From an uncultured Eudoraea sp. (GTDB lineage: Bacteria; Bacteroidota; Bacteroidia; Flavobacteriales; Flavobacteriaceae), in NCBI GenBank assembly GCA_965363995.1, contig CBDTVZ010000001.1:10928-74927 (forward strand): DNA of 64,000 nucleotides, in the 5' to 3' direction. This document shows, in pieces, positions 1 to 9,625 of this stretch. Every line of letters begins with the position of its first letter. The first letter of the stretch is position 1. The notes below the pieces were generated by a model. That model was not told where the DNA came from, did not search any database, and saw only the letters and a list, made by a program, of their open reading frames with translations. A program made the translations under genes and the position numbers.

Positions 1-1038
1 TGACGAATAAATATATTCTTTATCCTTTACCAATTCTTGCAGGGCCCATTCATAGTCTTCTAATTTCATTTTATGAAAATTGCCAAAGAATAAGAGATTA
101 ACTTTTTTATTTGCCACATCTGCCTTACTAAATTTACCACCGGTAATATTAGGACGCGTTGCAATAACCGCCATCACCATTGAAGTAACTGTGAAAATCA
201 TAAAAATTAGCGTGGGGTATATTAAGTAGGTATTAGACGGATTATCCAATTTAGGTATTAGGTTGGATAATACCACAGAAATGATAATCGCGTTAATTGA
301 TAGTAAAATATTTGCTTTGGTATCTGCAATGTCACTTAAAGTCAGGTGATTCTTTAAAGTAACCCTGAATAAAGTTTGTATACCCCTATCCGGGCTTTCA
401 TTCTTATATTTCGCCTTTAATTGTTCTTTTTTAGCAAATTGCTTTTCTTTTTTTAACTCCTTTACAAGAGTTCTAAGATTCTTTTCTTTTTTGTCCTGCC
501 AATTTGCTTTTGCGTAATCGGTATAATATTGATGTTTTGTTCTGAACATTTTAATGTTCTCCTCAATCCATTCTTTAAAAGAATAATTAGCAATGCCCAA
601 CAAGGAAAGTTCTTCCCGCAGCAGTTCACAAGTTTCCAAATAGCTTTTTTGAGCAAAATGTGAGGCATCGGCATCACGGATTATTTGTTCGCTTAAGTTC
701 TTGGGTTCATAGGTCATATGGGTAGCCATAATGCAAGCCTGAACCTGTTTTATTCCCTTGGCATCATAACCCTGCTTCTCAAGAAATTCCTTAGCTATTT
801 TACAACTATTGCGCTCGTGCTGCTCATGACCCTGAGTATAACCGGTATCATGCAACCATGCGGTTAATAATAAAACTTCCTTTTCCTTAGCGTCCAGTGA
901 ACCGGCTTCTATTAACTCCTCCGTGCTTTTCACTACCCGCTGAGTGTGCCTCAGGTTATGATAAAGATACTTTGGATCTAATTCTGTTGATAATAAATCA
1001 ACGGCAAAGGCTTCAGTTTGTACAAGAATTTCAGACAT
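1..1038 (-). CDS. HD-domain phosphohydrolase fused to a Pycsar-effector-like (DUF5706-type) transmembrane domain; 3' end runs off the window
   Basis: Translated by hand; not in the ORF track because it has no stop inside the window. ATG at 1038 (MSEILVQTEAF...), open to base 1. HD motifs YHNLRHT, AWLHDTG, IIRDAD, followed by RGIQTLFRVTLKNHLTLSDIADTKANILLSINAII and hydrophobic helices, then NLLFFGNF. Confidence 0.85.
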   Translation of the reverse strand, partial: MSEILVQTEAFAVDLLSTELDPKYLYHNLRHTQRVVKSTEELIEAGSLDAKEKEVLLLTAWLHDTGYTQGHEQHERNSCKIAKEFLEKQGYDAKGIKQVQACIMATHMTYEPKNLSEQIIRDADASHFAQKSYLETCELLREELSLLGIANYSFKEWIEENIKMFRTKHQYYTDYAKANWQDKKEKNLRTLVKELKKEKQFAKKEQLKAKYKNESPDRGIQTLFRVTLKNHLTLSDIADTKANILLSINAIIISVVLSNLIPKLDNPSNTYLIYPTLIFMIFTVTSMVMAVIATRPNITGGKFSKADVANKKVNLLFFGNFHKMKLEDYEWALQELVKDKEYIYSS

Positions 1039-1299
1039 GTATCAAATTTATAAAACAAAAATTACAAATTATACGGTTTCTTCTAAAGTTATATAACTAA
1101 AACCAAGTTTATTTCTATATGTATCAAAATTAATTAGGATAGTAATTCTCAGACAATTCACTTAAACTTAGACTAAAGAATGACCTTTTGGTTAATTGTT
1201 TAAAATTCTATTAGATTTCCTATCTTTAAAGTTGTGGTCTTTTATATATCGCAATTTTTTTAAAGTCAAAAAGCGCAAAATATTTGAGTTTTTACTTTG

Positions 1300-1307
1300 T
1301 ATTTTTG
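1300..1307 (+). promoter_or_regulatory. Putative Bacteroidota sigma70 -7 element (TAnnTTTG)
   Basis: TATTTTTG about 55 bp upstream of the ATG at 1362; AT-rich context, so a chance match is possible. Confidence 0.4.
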
Positions 1308-1361
1308 GCTAATATATTTTGATTTATTAATTCACTCAAAATTAAATATCTTTCTATAAAT

Positions 1362-4300
1362 ATGAATCGTATCTACAGGCCATTAATTGCAATAGCCAGT
1401 TTTGTGTTTTTGAACTCTTGTGCCACCCACAAGCTCCAGTACAAGGAAGAGGATATGATGCCACAACAATCTGAAAGTGAACTGCAACACTCTTTCTATT
1501 TAATAGGAGATGCGGGGAATTCGCCATTAGGATCAAAATCTGAGGCACTCCAGTCTTTTGAAAAAGTATTAAAGGACGCCTCAAAAAATAGTACTGCCTT
1601 ATTTTTAGGCGATAATATCTATCCAAAAGGCTTGCCAAAAAAAGGCGCAAAGGGCAGGGAGTACGCAGAGCATCAGTTGAATGTTCAAACAGAGGTTGTA
1701 AAAGACTTTGCCGGGAGGACAATTTTTATTCCGGGAAACCACGATTGGTATAACGACGGTCCAAAAGGCCTCAAACGACAAGAGGAATATGTTGAAGAAA
1801 AGCTTGGGAAAAATACTTTCCTTCCCGAAGATGGTTGCCCAATACGCAAAGTAGAAATTAATGATGAGGTAGAGTTAATCATAGTAGATACTGAATGGTA
1901 CCTCACCAAATGGGATAAATTTCCTACAATAAATGATGATTGTGAAATTAGAACCCGTAACCGTTTTTTTCTTGAGTATGAAAGTCTTATAAAAAAGGCC
2001 AGAGGTAAAACCACTGTTGTTGCCTTACATCACCCATTGTTTACTAATGGCCCTCATGGCGGACAGTTTTCAGTAGGACAGCATATGACCCCAATTCCAA
2101 TTTTAGGGACTTTAAAAAATGTTATCCGACGTACTGGCGGGGTTTCTCCGGGAGATTTATCGTACAATAGATATGATGAGTTTAGAGATCGTATAATTAC
2201 CTTATCCCAGGATAATGATAAAATAATTTTTGTTTCAGGACATGAACACAGCCTTCAATATTTGGTTGAATTCAATTTGCCGCAAATAGTTAGCGGGGCC
2301 GGTTCTAAAACAACACCTACCAGGAATATAGACAGCGGCCAATTTTCTTATGGATCTCCTGGTTATGCCAGATTGGATGTCTTTAAGGATGGTTCTTCCC
2401 ATGTGAGCTTCTTCTCAACAAAAGACGATAAAATAGTATTTGAAACTGAGGTATTAAAAGAGGATCGTCCAATTGCACCTGATTATCAAGATAACTTCCC
2501 AAAGGAAAAAACAGCTACAATTTATACTGTAGAAGAAACCACTAAAAGCAAGTATTTTAAATGGCTTTGGGGAGAACGCTATCGCAAATTATACAGCACG
2601 GAAGTTACTGTGCCTGTTGTAAATCTGGATACGCTATTTGGAGGCCTGAGCCCGATACGAAAAGGAGGGGGACACGCGTCCATTTCTATACGTTTAAGAA
2701 ACAAGGAAGGGCAGGAGTATATTATGCGGGCAATGCGGAAAGATGCTTTGCTTTATATACAAGCTGTTGGTTTTAAGGACCAATATGTTAAGAATGATTT
2801 TAAGGACACAAAAACGGAAGAACTTGTATTGGATGTATTTACGGGGGATCATCCCTATACGCAATTTATTATCGGAGACTTAGCCGATGCCGTTGGGATA
2901 TACCATACCAATCCTAAGTTATATTATGTGCCAAAACAGAATGCCATAGGCCGTTTTAACGATGAATTTGGGGATGCACTGTATGCTATTGAAGAACGAA
3001 CGACAGACGGGCATGGAGATAAAGCCAGTTTTGGCTATGCCAATGAGATGATTAGTACTCTTGATATGTTGGATGAGTTGAAAAAGAATGAAGATCACAA
3101 AATAGATGAAACCACTTATGTACGTGCCCGACTATTTGATATGTTAATAGGAGATTGGGATAGACATCAGGATCAATGGCGCTGGGCAGTTTTTAAAGAA
3201 GATGGAGTAACTACCTATAAACCCGTGCCAAGAGACAGGGATCAGGCATTTTCAATTATGAATGATGGTTTTACGCTGGGACTGGCTACTTTACTGGCAG
3301 CCCCTGCACGTGTCTTAAATTCATACGAAGAAGATATTAAAGATGTACGTTGGAGTAATTTAAATCCATATGTCCTGGATGTTGCCGTGATACAAGAATC
3401 AGACAAGGCAGTTTGGGATGAACAGGCGGCTTATGTAGTCTCTCATTTAACAGATGAGGTCATAGACGCCGCATTTGAAAAGTTGCCTGATGAAGTGAAG
3501 GATGAGAATATGAAGGATATAAAGCGCAAGTTAAAAGGAAGACGAACTAATTTGCCTAAAATTGCCGATAGGTATTTTAAAGTTGTAAATAAATATGCCG
3601 TGGTACGAGGCACCGATAAAGATGATTGGTTTGAGATAGAGCGAATGCCTGAGGGGCGAACCAAAGTTACTGGCTATAGGATTAAAAAGGACGAAAAAGG
3701 TCCGGTGTTTCATGAAAAAATATATGAAGCAGGTAGCACCAAAGAAATTTGGGTGTATGGTCTGGACGATGAGGATTATTTTCAAGTTACAGGAAAAGGA
3801 GACCACCTTATAAAACTACGAATTATTGGCGGTTCAAATAATGATAGTTATGAGGTGTTAAATGGGAAAAAGACCAATATTTATGATTTTAAAAGTAAAC
3901 CCAATACGCTGATAACCAAAAAGGGCAAACACCACATCAGAGACGATTACGAGAATAATAATTATGATTATAGGAAACCGAAATATAGCGTTAACGCAGT
4001 GCTCCCAATAATAGGAATTAACCCTGATGATGGTTTAAAGATAGGCGTAATTGCAGGGCATACTACCTATGGGTTTGAGCGAAATCCGTTTACCTCCACC
4101 AACAGGATAGCAGCTGCCTTATATACGTCTACAGGGGGCTTTGATGTACGATATCAGGGAGAATTCGCTAATGTAGTAGGTAAATGGAATCTGGCTCTTG
4201 AAGGTGAATTAACCAGCCCTAATTACAGTATTAACTTTTTTGGATATGGGAATACTACCCCGAATCTTAATGCTGATGACCCAGAAAATTTTAATAAAGA

Positions 4301-5057
4301 TTTCAATCGGGTCAAAATAGGTACATTAGGTGGTTTTGCTGGATTGGCATGGCACGGCGAGAATAATGGTGAATTTAGAATAGGGGTGAATTATAGATCC
4401 TATGAACTGGAAAAGACGGAAGGAAGATATATTAATTTATTTTCAAATTTGGTGCCTCAGGAAGAGAAAAATAATTTTATGGGTGCCGAAGCCGTTTACA
4501 GTTATACTGATAGCGATAACGCTGCTTTTCCAACCCTGGGGATGGAGGTAGAATTAAAAACCGGAATAACCTCCAATCTTGAAAATTCAGATACATTTGG
4601 GTATGTTATTCCTACCCTGGGTTTTGCCTATAAAATATCTTCAAATGGTCAATTGGTTTTTGCCACAAAGTCTAAGGCCCATCTAATTTTTGGTGATGAT
4701 TTTGAGTTTTACCAGGCAGCCAGTATAGGTGGTAACGATGGCCTACGTGGCTATAGAAACCAGCGTTTTACGGGAAAATCTTCCTTTTATCAGACTTCAG
4801 ATCTGCGCCTTAACTTTAAAAGGTTTAAAACCGGAATTGTGCCCATTGAAGTTGGTATTTTTGGTGGTTTTGATGTAGGCAGAATCTGGGTTGATGACAG
4901 CCTGGTCCTGGTCCCTTCTTTTAATGAAAATAGCTGGAATACCTCATATGGAGGTGGTATTTTTGTTAATGGAGTGGATATTATCACTGCAAATCTAGGG
5001 ATATTTGGTTCGGACGACGGCATGCGAATTTATTTTGGATTTATTTTGGGATTATAA
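1362..5057 (+). CDS. Lipoprotein: calcineurin-like metallophosphoesterase + atypical kinase-like domain + BamA/TamA (Omp85)-type beta-barrel
   Basis: Lipobox FLNSC. Phosphoesterase motifs GDAG, GDNIY, GNHDW, HHP, GHEH. Central GGGHAS, IGDWDRHQDQW, RDRDQAF. C-terminal amphipathic strands with the Omp85 loop-6-like LRGY motif. Confidence 0.85.
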   Translation: MNRIYRPLIAIASFVFLNSCATHKLQYKEEDMMPQQSESELQHSFYLIGDAGNSPLGSKSEALQSFEKVLKDASKNSTALFLGDNIYPKGLPKKGAKGREYAEHQLNVQTEVVKDFAGRTIFIPGNHDWYNDGPKGLKRQEEYVEEKLGKNTFLPEDGCPIRKVEINDEVELIIVDTEWYLTKWDKFPTINDDCEIRTRNRFFLEYESLIKKARGKTTVVALHHPLFTNGPHGGQFSVGQHMTPIPILGTLKNVIRRTGGVSPGDLSYNRYDEFRDRIITLSQDNDKIIFVSGHEHSLQYLVEFNLPQIVSGAGSKTTPTRNIDSGQFSYGSPGYARLDVFKDGSSHVSFFSTKDDKIVFETEVLKEDRPIAPDYQDNFPKEKTATIYTVEETTKSKYFKWLWGERYRKLYSTEVTVPVVNLDTLFGGLSPIRKGGGHASISIRLRNKEGQEYIMRAMRKDALLYIQAVGFKDQYVKNDFKDTKTEELVLDVFTGDHPYTQFIIGDLADAVGIYHTNPKLYYVPKQNAIGRFNDEFGDALYAIEERTTDGHGDKASFGYANEMISTLDMLDELKKNEDHKIDETTYVRARLFDMLIGDWDRHQDQWRWAVFKEDGVTTYKPVPRDRDQAFSIMNDGFTLGLATLLAAPARVLNSYEEDIKDVRWSNLNPYVLDVAVIQESDKAVWDEQAAYVVSHLTDEVIDAAFEKLPDEVKDENMKDIKRKLKGRRTNLPKIADRYFKVVNKYAVVRGTDKDDWFEIERMPEGRTKVTGYRIKKDEKGPVFHEKIYEAGSTKEIWVYGLDDEDYFQVTGKGDHLIKLRIIGGSNNDSYEVLNGKKTNIYDFKSKPNTLITKKGKHHIRDDYENNNYDYRKPKYSVNAVLPIIGINPDDGLKIGVIAGHTTYGFERNPFTSTNRIAAALYTSTGGFDVRYQGEFANVVGKWNLALEGELTSPNYSINFFGYGNTTPNLNADDPENFNKDFNRVKIGTLGGFAGLAWHGENNGEFRIGVNYRSYELEKTEGRYINLFSNLVPQEEKNNFMGAEAVYSYTDSDNAAFPTLGMEVELKTGITSNLENSDTFGYVIPTLGFAYKISSNGQLVFATKSKAHLIFGDDFEFYQAASIGGNDGLRGYRNQRFTGKSSFYQTSDLRLNFKRFKTGIVPIEVGIFGGFDVGRIWVDDSLVLVPSFNENSWNTSYGGGIFVNGVDIITANLGIFGSDDGMRIYFGFILGL

Positions 5058-5161
5058 TTAGATACTGATTTAAATATATAAGTTGCTCCATGCAATTAGG
5101 TGGTATATTTTTATTAGCTTGGACCCCTTAAATAATCAATGTATTAATTACTCCAATTGTT

Positions 5162-5842
5162 ATGAAAAAAAATCTTACCATATTAGTATTACTTGCTTTC
5201 TCCTTTGTGTTTCAAAACTGCGGCAGCGTAAAAGTTCGGGATTCCTGGACAGCCGAAGAAGTGACAGTTGCTAAATTCAAGAAAAAGAATATTCTGGTTT
5301 TAGCCAGAACGGCAGACAACACGTCCAGAATAGCTTTTGAAGAAGCACTGGCCAACGAATTGAGGGCGGAAGGCTATAAGGCCACTGAAAGTTTTAAAAA
5401 ATTTCCAAAAATTTACACTAACAAGGAAATCACTGAAGAAAGAGTGGCTTTTATACAAAGCATCCTGGATAGTGAAGGGTATAATGGAATTGTTATTGTA
5501 GCTGTAAAGGATCAGGAGAGTACAACAACAACATCCAGTAGTGGGATTTATGTTGGAGGCGGATATGGGGGCTATCCTGGCTATTATGGCGGATTTAATA
5601 ATTATTACAGGACTCCTTATGCATATGGTTCTTATTATAATTCATTTGGGGGCTATATTCCCACTTCTACATCTACCAGTACCTCTACAACTTATATTTT
5701 AGAGACAGTTTTTTATAATCTTGATGAGCCTCAGGAAAACCAATTAGTGGCCGTTGTAACTTCTGAATTAGATGATCCCAAGGAAGCATATAAAACTGCT
5801 GAAAAGTATGTAGAAACTATGGTCAAAAGCTTCCAGCAGTAG
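5162..5842 (+). CDS. Hypothetical lipoprotein (DUF4136-like) with Gly/Tyr-rich insert; paralog 1 of 3
   Basis: Lipobox FQNC; motifs shared with 11976-12647 and 13844-14482. Confidence 0.7.
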   Translation: MKKNLTILVLLAFSFVFQNCGSVKVRDSWTAEEVTVAKFKKKNILVLARTADNTSRIAFEEALANELRAEGYKATESFKKFPKIYTNKEITEERVAFIQSILDSEGYNGIVIVAVKDQESTTTTSSSGIYVGGGYGGYPGYYGGFNNYYRTPYAYGSYYNSFGGYIPTSTSTSTSTTYILETVFYNLDEPQENQLVAVVTSELDDPKEAYKTAEKYVETMVKSFQQ

Positions 5843-6071
5843 CCAGACATTCCTTAAAGCTGTTTATCAGTAAAAGGTGACCAATTATAGGACAATAGGG
5901 CTTAATGCTTACTTAAACTTAAACCGAAGTACTTCATATTTATAGAATGACTATGGTTCATTTTTTAATTTAAGCACGAAATCATTTTTGTTTCTTCATA
6001 TTTAAAAACACCCCTTAGACTTCTTTGATTTATCTGTATATTTAGACTAAGACAAGCTAAATATCTGACTT

Positions 6072-7112
6072 ATGAATACAAAAGACAGTGTTACCCCGGT
6101 ACTCAGGATTGTATCCTTGCTTTTAATATTGGCCTGGTGTTTTTTGATTATCAGGCCTTTTTTGATTATTGTCATTTGGGCAATTCTTTTAGCAGTTGCT
6201 TTATATCCTATCTATAAATGGTTGGTTTCAAAGTTAGGTGAACATCGTAAGAAGTTTGTCACCTTCACATTTACGTTAATTGCATTGCTTCTGTTTGTAA
6301 TCCCTGCTTATTTTATTCTTGAGAATATTTTCGAATCTATCTCAACTATTGTAGATCAGGTTCAGAACGAAGGATTGCAAATACCGCTGCCGGATGTGAA
6401 AATTAAGTCCTGGCCTGTAATAGGAGAGAAACTTTATGATGAGTGGTTTGCTCTCTCAAATGATATAAAGCAATTTAGTGTGGCCCATAAAGATGCACTT
6501 TTGGAATATGGTAAGGATTTCATAAGTTCGGTGAAGGGGTTTTTGGGTACCATCATAACCTTTATTATTTCATTTTTCGTTGCCATGGTTTTAATGTTCA
6601 ACGCGGAAAATGGGTACAGGATGTGCCTGGGACTGTTCCGGAAGTTACTGGGGGAAGATGGCGAAGAAGTGGCTTTAATTTCCAGAGACAGTATTAGAAG
6701 TGTAGTTAAAGGAATCCTGCTCGTGGCCCTTATTCAGGCTGTACTGGCATTTATTGGATTCAAGGCCATTGGAATACCTGGCGCAGAAATATTTGCTTTA
6801 TTGGTTTTGATAGCTGCCATTGTTCAGCTCCCGGTAATTATTGTAATGGTGCCCCCGGTAGTGTTGGCCTTTTCTATGGCAGAGCCAACCTATGCCATTA
6901 TTTTTATGGTATACTGCATCCTGGTAGGATTGGCAGACAATGTATTGAAACCAATTCTCCTGGGGAAAGGGCTGAAGACGCCAATTATAGTTATACTGAT
7001 AGGGACCATTGGAGGAATGTTGTTGCACGGTATTATCGGTCTATTTGTTGGTCCTGTGATATTGGCAGTCGCATACCAGTTGTATATATACTGGATGAGA
7101 ACGGCAACCTAA
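6072..7112 (+). CDS. AI-2E family transporter
   Basis: Multi-TM protein with DNVLKPILLG and GIIGLFVGPVILA C-terminal signature. Confidence 0.9.
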   Translation: MNTKDSVTPVLRIVSLLLILAWCFLIIRPFLIIVIWAILLAVALYPIYKWLVSKLGEHRKKFVTFTFTLIALLLFVIPAYFILENIFESISTIVDQVQNEGLQIPLPDVKIKSWPVIGEKLYDEWFALSNDIKQFSVAHKDALLEYGKDFISSVKGFLGTIITFIISFFVAMVLMFNAENGYRMCLGLFRKLLGEDGEEVALISRDSIRSVVKGILLVALIQAVLAFIGFKAIGIPGAEIFALLVLIAAIVQLPVIIVMVPPVVLAFSMAEPTYAIIFMVYCILVGLADNVLKPILLGKGLKTPIIVILIGTIGGMLLHGIIGLFVGPVILAVAYQLYIYWMRTAT

Positions 7113-7272
7113 AGTGCTAATACAAAACCGGTAACGCGATAAATCTAAAATTAGAAGTGAATAAAAACTAAATTTTCTAGGCATCTGGTATATAATAAAA
7201 TGGGAGGACTGGTTGGAAGAATGAATGATAAATAATTGCCATCACTGCGAGTGGCCTTTAAACTAAAGAATT

Positions 7273-8301
7273 ATGAAAACACAGCGAACTTTTATTATCG
7301 TTATGCTGATCTCAGGGTTTTTTATGAACTGCAAGCAGGCTACGCCTTCCGAAGCGACTGCTGTTACTGAGGTAAAAGAAGACCCTTTACCTTCTTGGAA
7401 TGAAGGGACTACTAAAAATTCAATTATGCGATTTGTAGAGACTGTAACGAAAGAAGGGTCACCAGATTTTGTTCCTGTTAAGGATAGAATTGCCACCTTC
7501 GACAATGACGGGAATCTTTGGTCTGAACAACCCGCCTACTTCCAGCTTTTTTTCGCGATAGACAGAGTAAAGGCGACGGCGGAAGAACATCCCGAATGGA
7601 ACACTAAGCAACCGTACAAAGCTATTCTTGAAAACGATATGAATGAGCTTATGAAACAAGGGGAACACGGGCTTCTTGAAATTGTTATGGCTACCCATTC
7701 AGGGATGTCTAATGAAGAGTTTGAAGAAGTGGTTAGGACCTGGCTGGCAACTGCAAAACATCCCAGATTTAATCAGCCCTATAATACGCTGATCTACCAA
7801 CCCATGTTAGAATTACTTGAATATCTAAGAGCAAATGAGTTTAAAACATTCATTGTCTCTGGCGGAGGTGTCGATTTTATGAGAGTATGGACTGAGGATG
7901 CCTATGGTATTCCACCATACCAGGTGGTAGGAAGTACCGGTAAAACAGAGTTTGATTATAATAATGGGCAGGCTTTAATAAGAAAGGTAGCTGAATTGGA
8001 TTTTATTGATGACAAAGAAGGAAAGCCAATTGGCATCAATAAATTTATAGGTAAAAAACCCATTTTTGCCTCTGGGAATTCCGATGGAGACCTCCAGATG
8101 CTTCAATATGCAGACGCAAATGAATACCCAAGCTTTATGCTTTATTTGCATCATACCGATGCCGATAGGGAATGGGCTTATGACAGGGATTCGCATATAG
8201 GAAGATTGGATAAGGGCCTTGATGAAGCAGCCGAAAAAGGCTGGACGGTTATCGATATGAAAAATGACTGGAAGCTTATTTACCCTTTTGATTTACAATA
8301 A
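7273..8301 (+). CDS. HAD-superfamily hydrolase lipoprotein (acid phosphatase-like)
   Basis: Lipobox FMNC; motif I FDNDGNLW, motif II IVSGGG, motif IV GNSDGD. Confidence 0.85.
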   Translation: MKTQRTFIIVMLISGFFMNCKQATPSEATAVTEVKEDPLPSWNEGTTKNSIMRFVETVTKEGSPDFVPVKDRIATFDNDGNLWSEQPAYFQLFFAIDRVKATAEEHPEWNTKQPYKAILENDMNELMKQGEHGLLEIVMATHSGMSNEEFEEVVRTWLATAKHPRFNQPYNTLIYQPMLELLEYLRANEFKTFIVSGGGVDFMRVWTEDAYGIPPYQVVGSTGKTEFDYNNGQALIRKVAELDFIDDKEGKPIGINKFIGKKPIFASGNSDGDLQMLQYADANEYPSFMLYLHHTDADREWAYDRDSHIGRLDKGLDEAAEKGWTVIDMKNDWKLIYPFDLQ

Positions 8302-8571
8302 GCAGTAAACACATTTACCCTTTACATAATAAGATATAGCCTTTAATTTAACCATAGAGATACAAATAATTTAGATACCACACACTTGCACTAGCAGTCA
8401 TTTTTAAATGACCCCAATTTCTTTCAGGGGCTTGATTATTCTTCTTTAAGGACTAATTTGATTATCTTGAATCTCCTTGCATCATTCAGGAAATTGCCAT
8501 GCCTGGGTGATATAGCGAACCCAATTATGATAAACATATAAGTAAAGGCAGCATTTAATATAAAAGAAACA

Positions 8572-9513
8572 ATGTCCAAAAAAACATTTACCAAGAAAGT
8601 AGCAAAGCAAATAGCTAATAAAATCATTGATCAATGCAAGGTAGATCCTAAAGAGGAGTTCAAATTGTCTGACCATAAAACCTATTGGGAGGAATTTGAG
8701 CAAGAATTTGGGCAAGATGATCGTACCATTAAAAAGTCGGCAAAAGCATTGTTGGAAAAGAATATTTCAGCCATGACTGAAGCTCAGGATCTGTTTTATG
8801 CCAGCGGTAAATATTCACTATTGTTGGTTTTTCAAGCAATGGATGCAGCCGGGAAAGACGGAACCATCAAGCATGTTGTGTCAGGAATAAATCCTCAGGG
8901 ATGCCGCGTAGACAGCTTTAAGCAACCATCTTCCAATGAACTTGCCCATAACTGGCTTTGGCGGTATACCAAAGCAATGCCTTCTAAAGGGATGATAGGC
9001 ATCTTTAACAGGTCGTATTATGAGGAAGTTTTGGTTTTGAAGGTACATCCGGAACTCCTTCAAAATGGAGTTCAGTCAGACGGACAAACAGCGGATTCGA
9101 TATGGGAGGCTCGTTATCACGATATCAACAACCTCGAAAAACATCTTATTAATAGTAATACCATCATCTTAAAATTCTTCTTGAATGTGTCTAAAAAGGA
9201 ACAGAAGCGTCGCTTTATAGAGAGATTGGAAAACAGGGATAAAAATTGGAAATTTTCAGAATCAGACCTTTCAGAGCGTGGAAGATGGGATGATTATATG
9301 GACGCGTTCGAAACTGCTATAAATGCTACCTCTACTGAGAATGCGCCCTGGTATGCGATACCTGCGGATAACAAATGGAGAATGCGCTCTATTATTTCAC
9401 AAATAATCACGGATACCATTAATTCTTTGGATATGGAGTATCCTAAAACTACCTCGGAGCGTAAAATAAAATTAGAGCAGGCGCTGGAAAATTTACTAAA
9501 CGAAAAAGATTAA
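8572..9513 (+). CDS. ppk2: Polyphosphate kinase 2 family (class III-like polyP:nucleotide phosphotransferase)
   Basis: Walker A MDAAGKDG, Walker B FNRSYYE, lid WKFSESD, PWYAIPADNKW. Confidence 0.92.
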   Translation: MSKKTFTKKVAKQIANKIIDQCKVDPKEEFKLSDHKTYWEEFEQEFGQDDRTIKKSAKALLEKNISAMTEAQDLFYASGKYSLLLVFQAMDAAGKDGTIKHVVSGINPQGCRVDSFKQPSSNELAHNWLWRYTKAMPSKGMIGIFNRSYYEEVLVLKVHPELLQNGVQSDGQTADSIWEARYHDINNLEKHLINSNTIILKFFLNVSKKEQKRRFIERLENRDKNWKFSESDLSERGRWDDYMDAFETAINATSTENAPWYAIPADNKWRMRSIISQIITDTINSLDMEYPKTTSERKIKLEQALENLLNEKD

Positions 9514-9625
9514 TATCTTAATTCGCAGATTTCAGGTTTGGATTAATGGGTTTAATTCCAATTCTGGTATAGGGATTTTCAAATTGTTCTGATAGTTTTA
9601 AATATTAAACGAGCACTATTTTCTT

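Noticed and set aside
462..1100. ORF-track ORFs 462-677 (-) and 897-1100 (+)
   Set aside because: Off-frame or antisense shadows of the real HD-domain gene at 1-1038 (-)
1037..1128. 10-bp direct repeat ATGTATCAAA (1037-1046, 1119-1128), and GTTATATAAC recurring at 20689-20698
   Set aside because: Short and AT-rich; expected by chance at this base composition
8302..8571. Spacer with coding-like stretch (ESPCIIQEIAMPG*YSEPNYDKH) as a possible gene remnant
   Set aside because: Could not assign it to any family by eye; needs blastx
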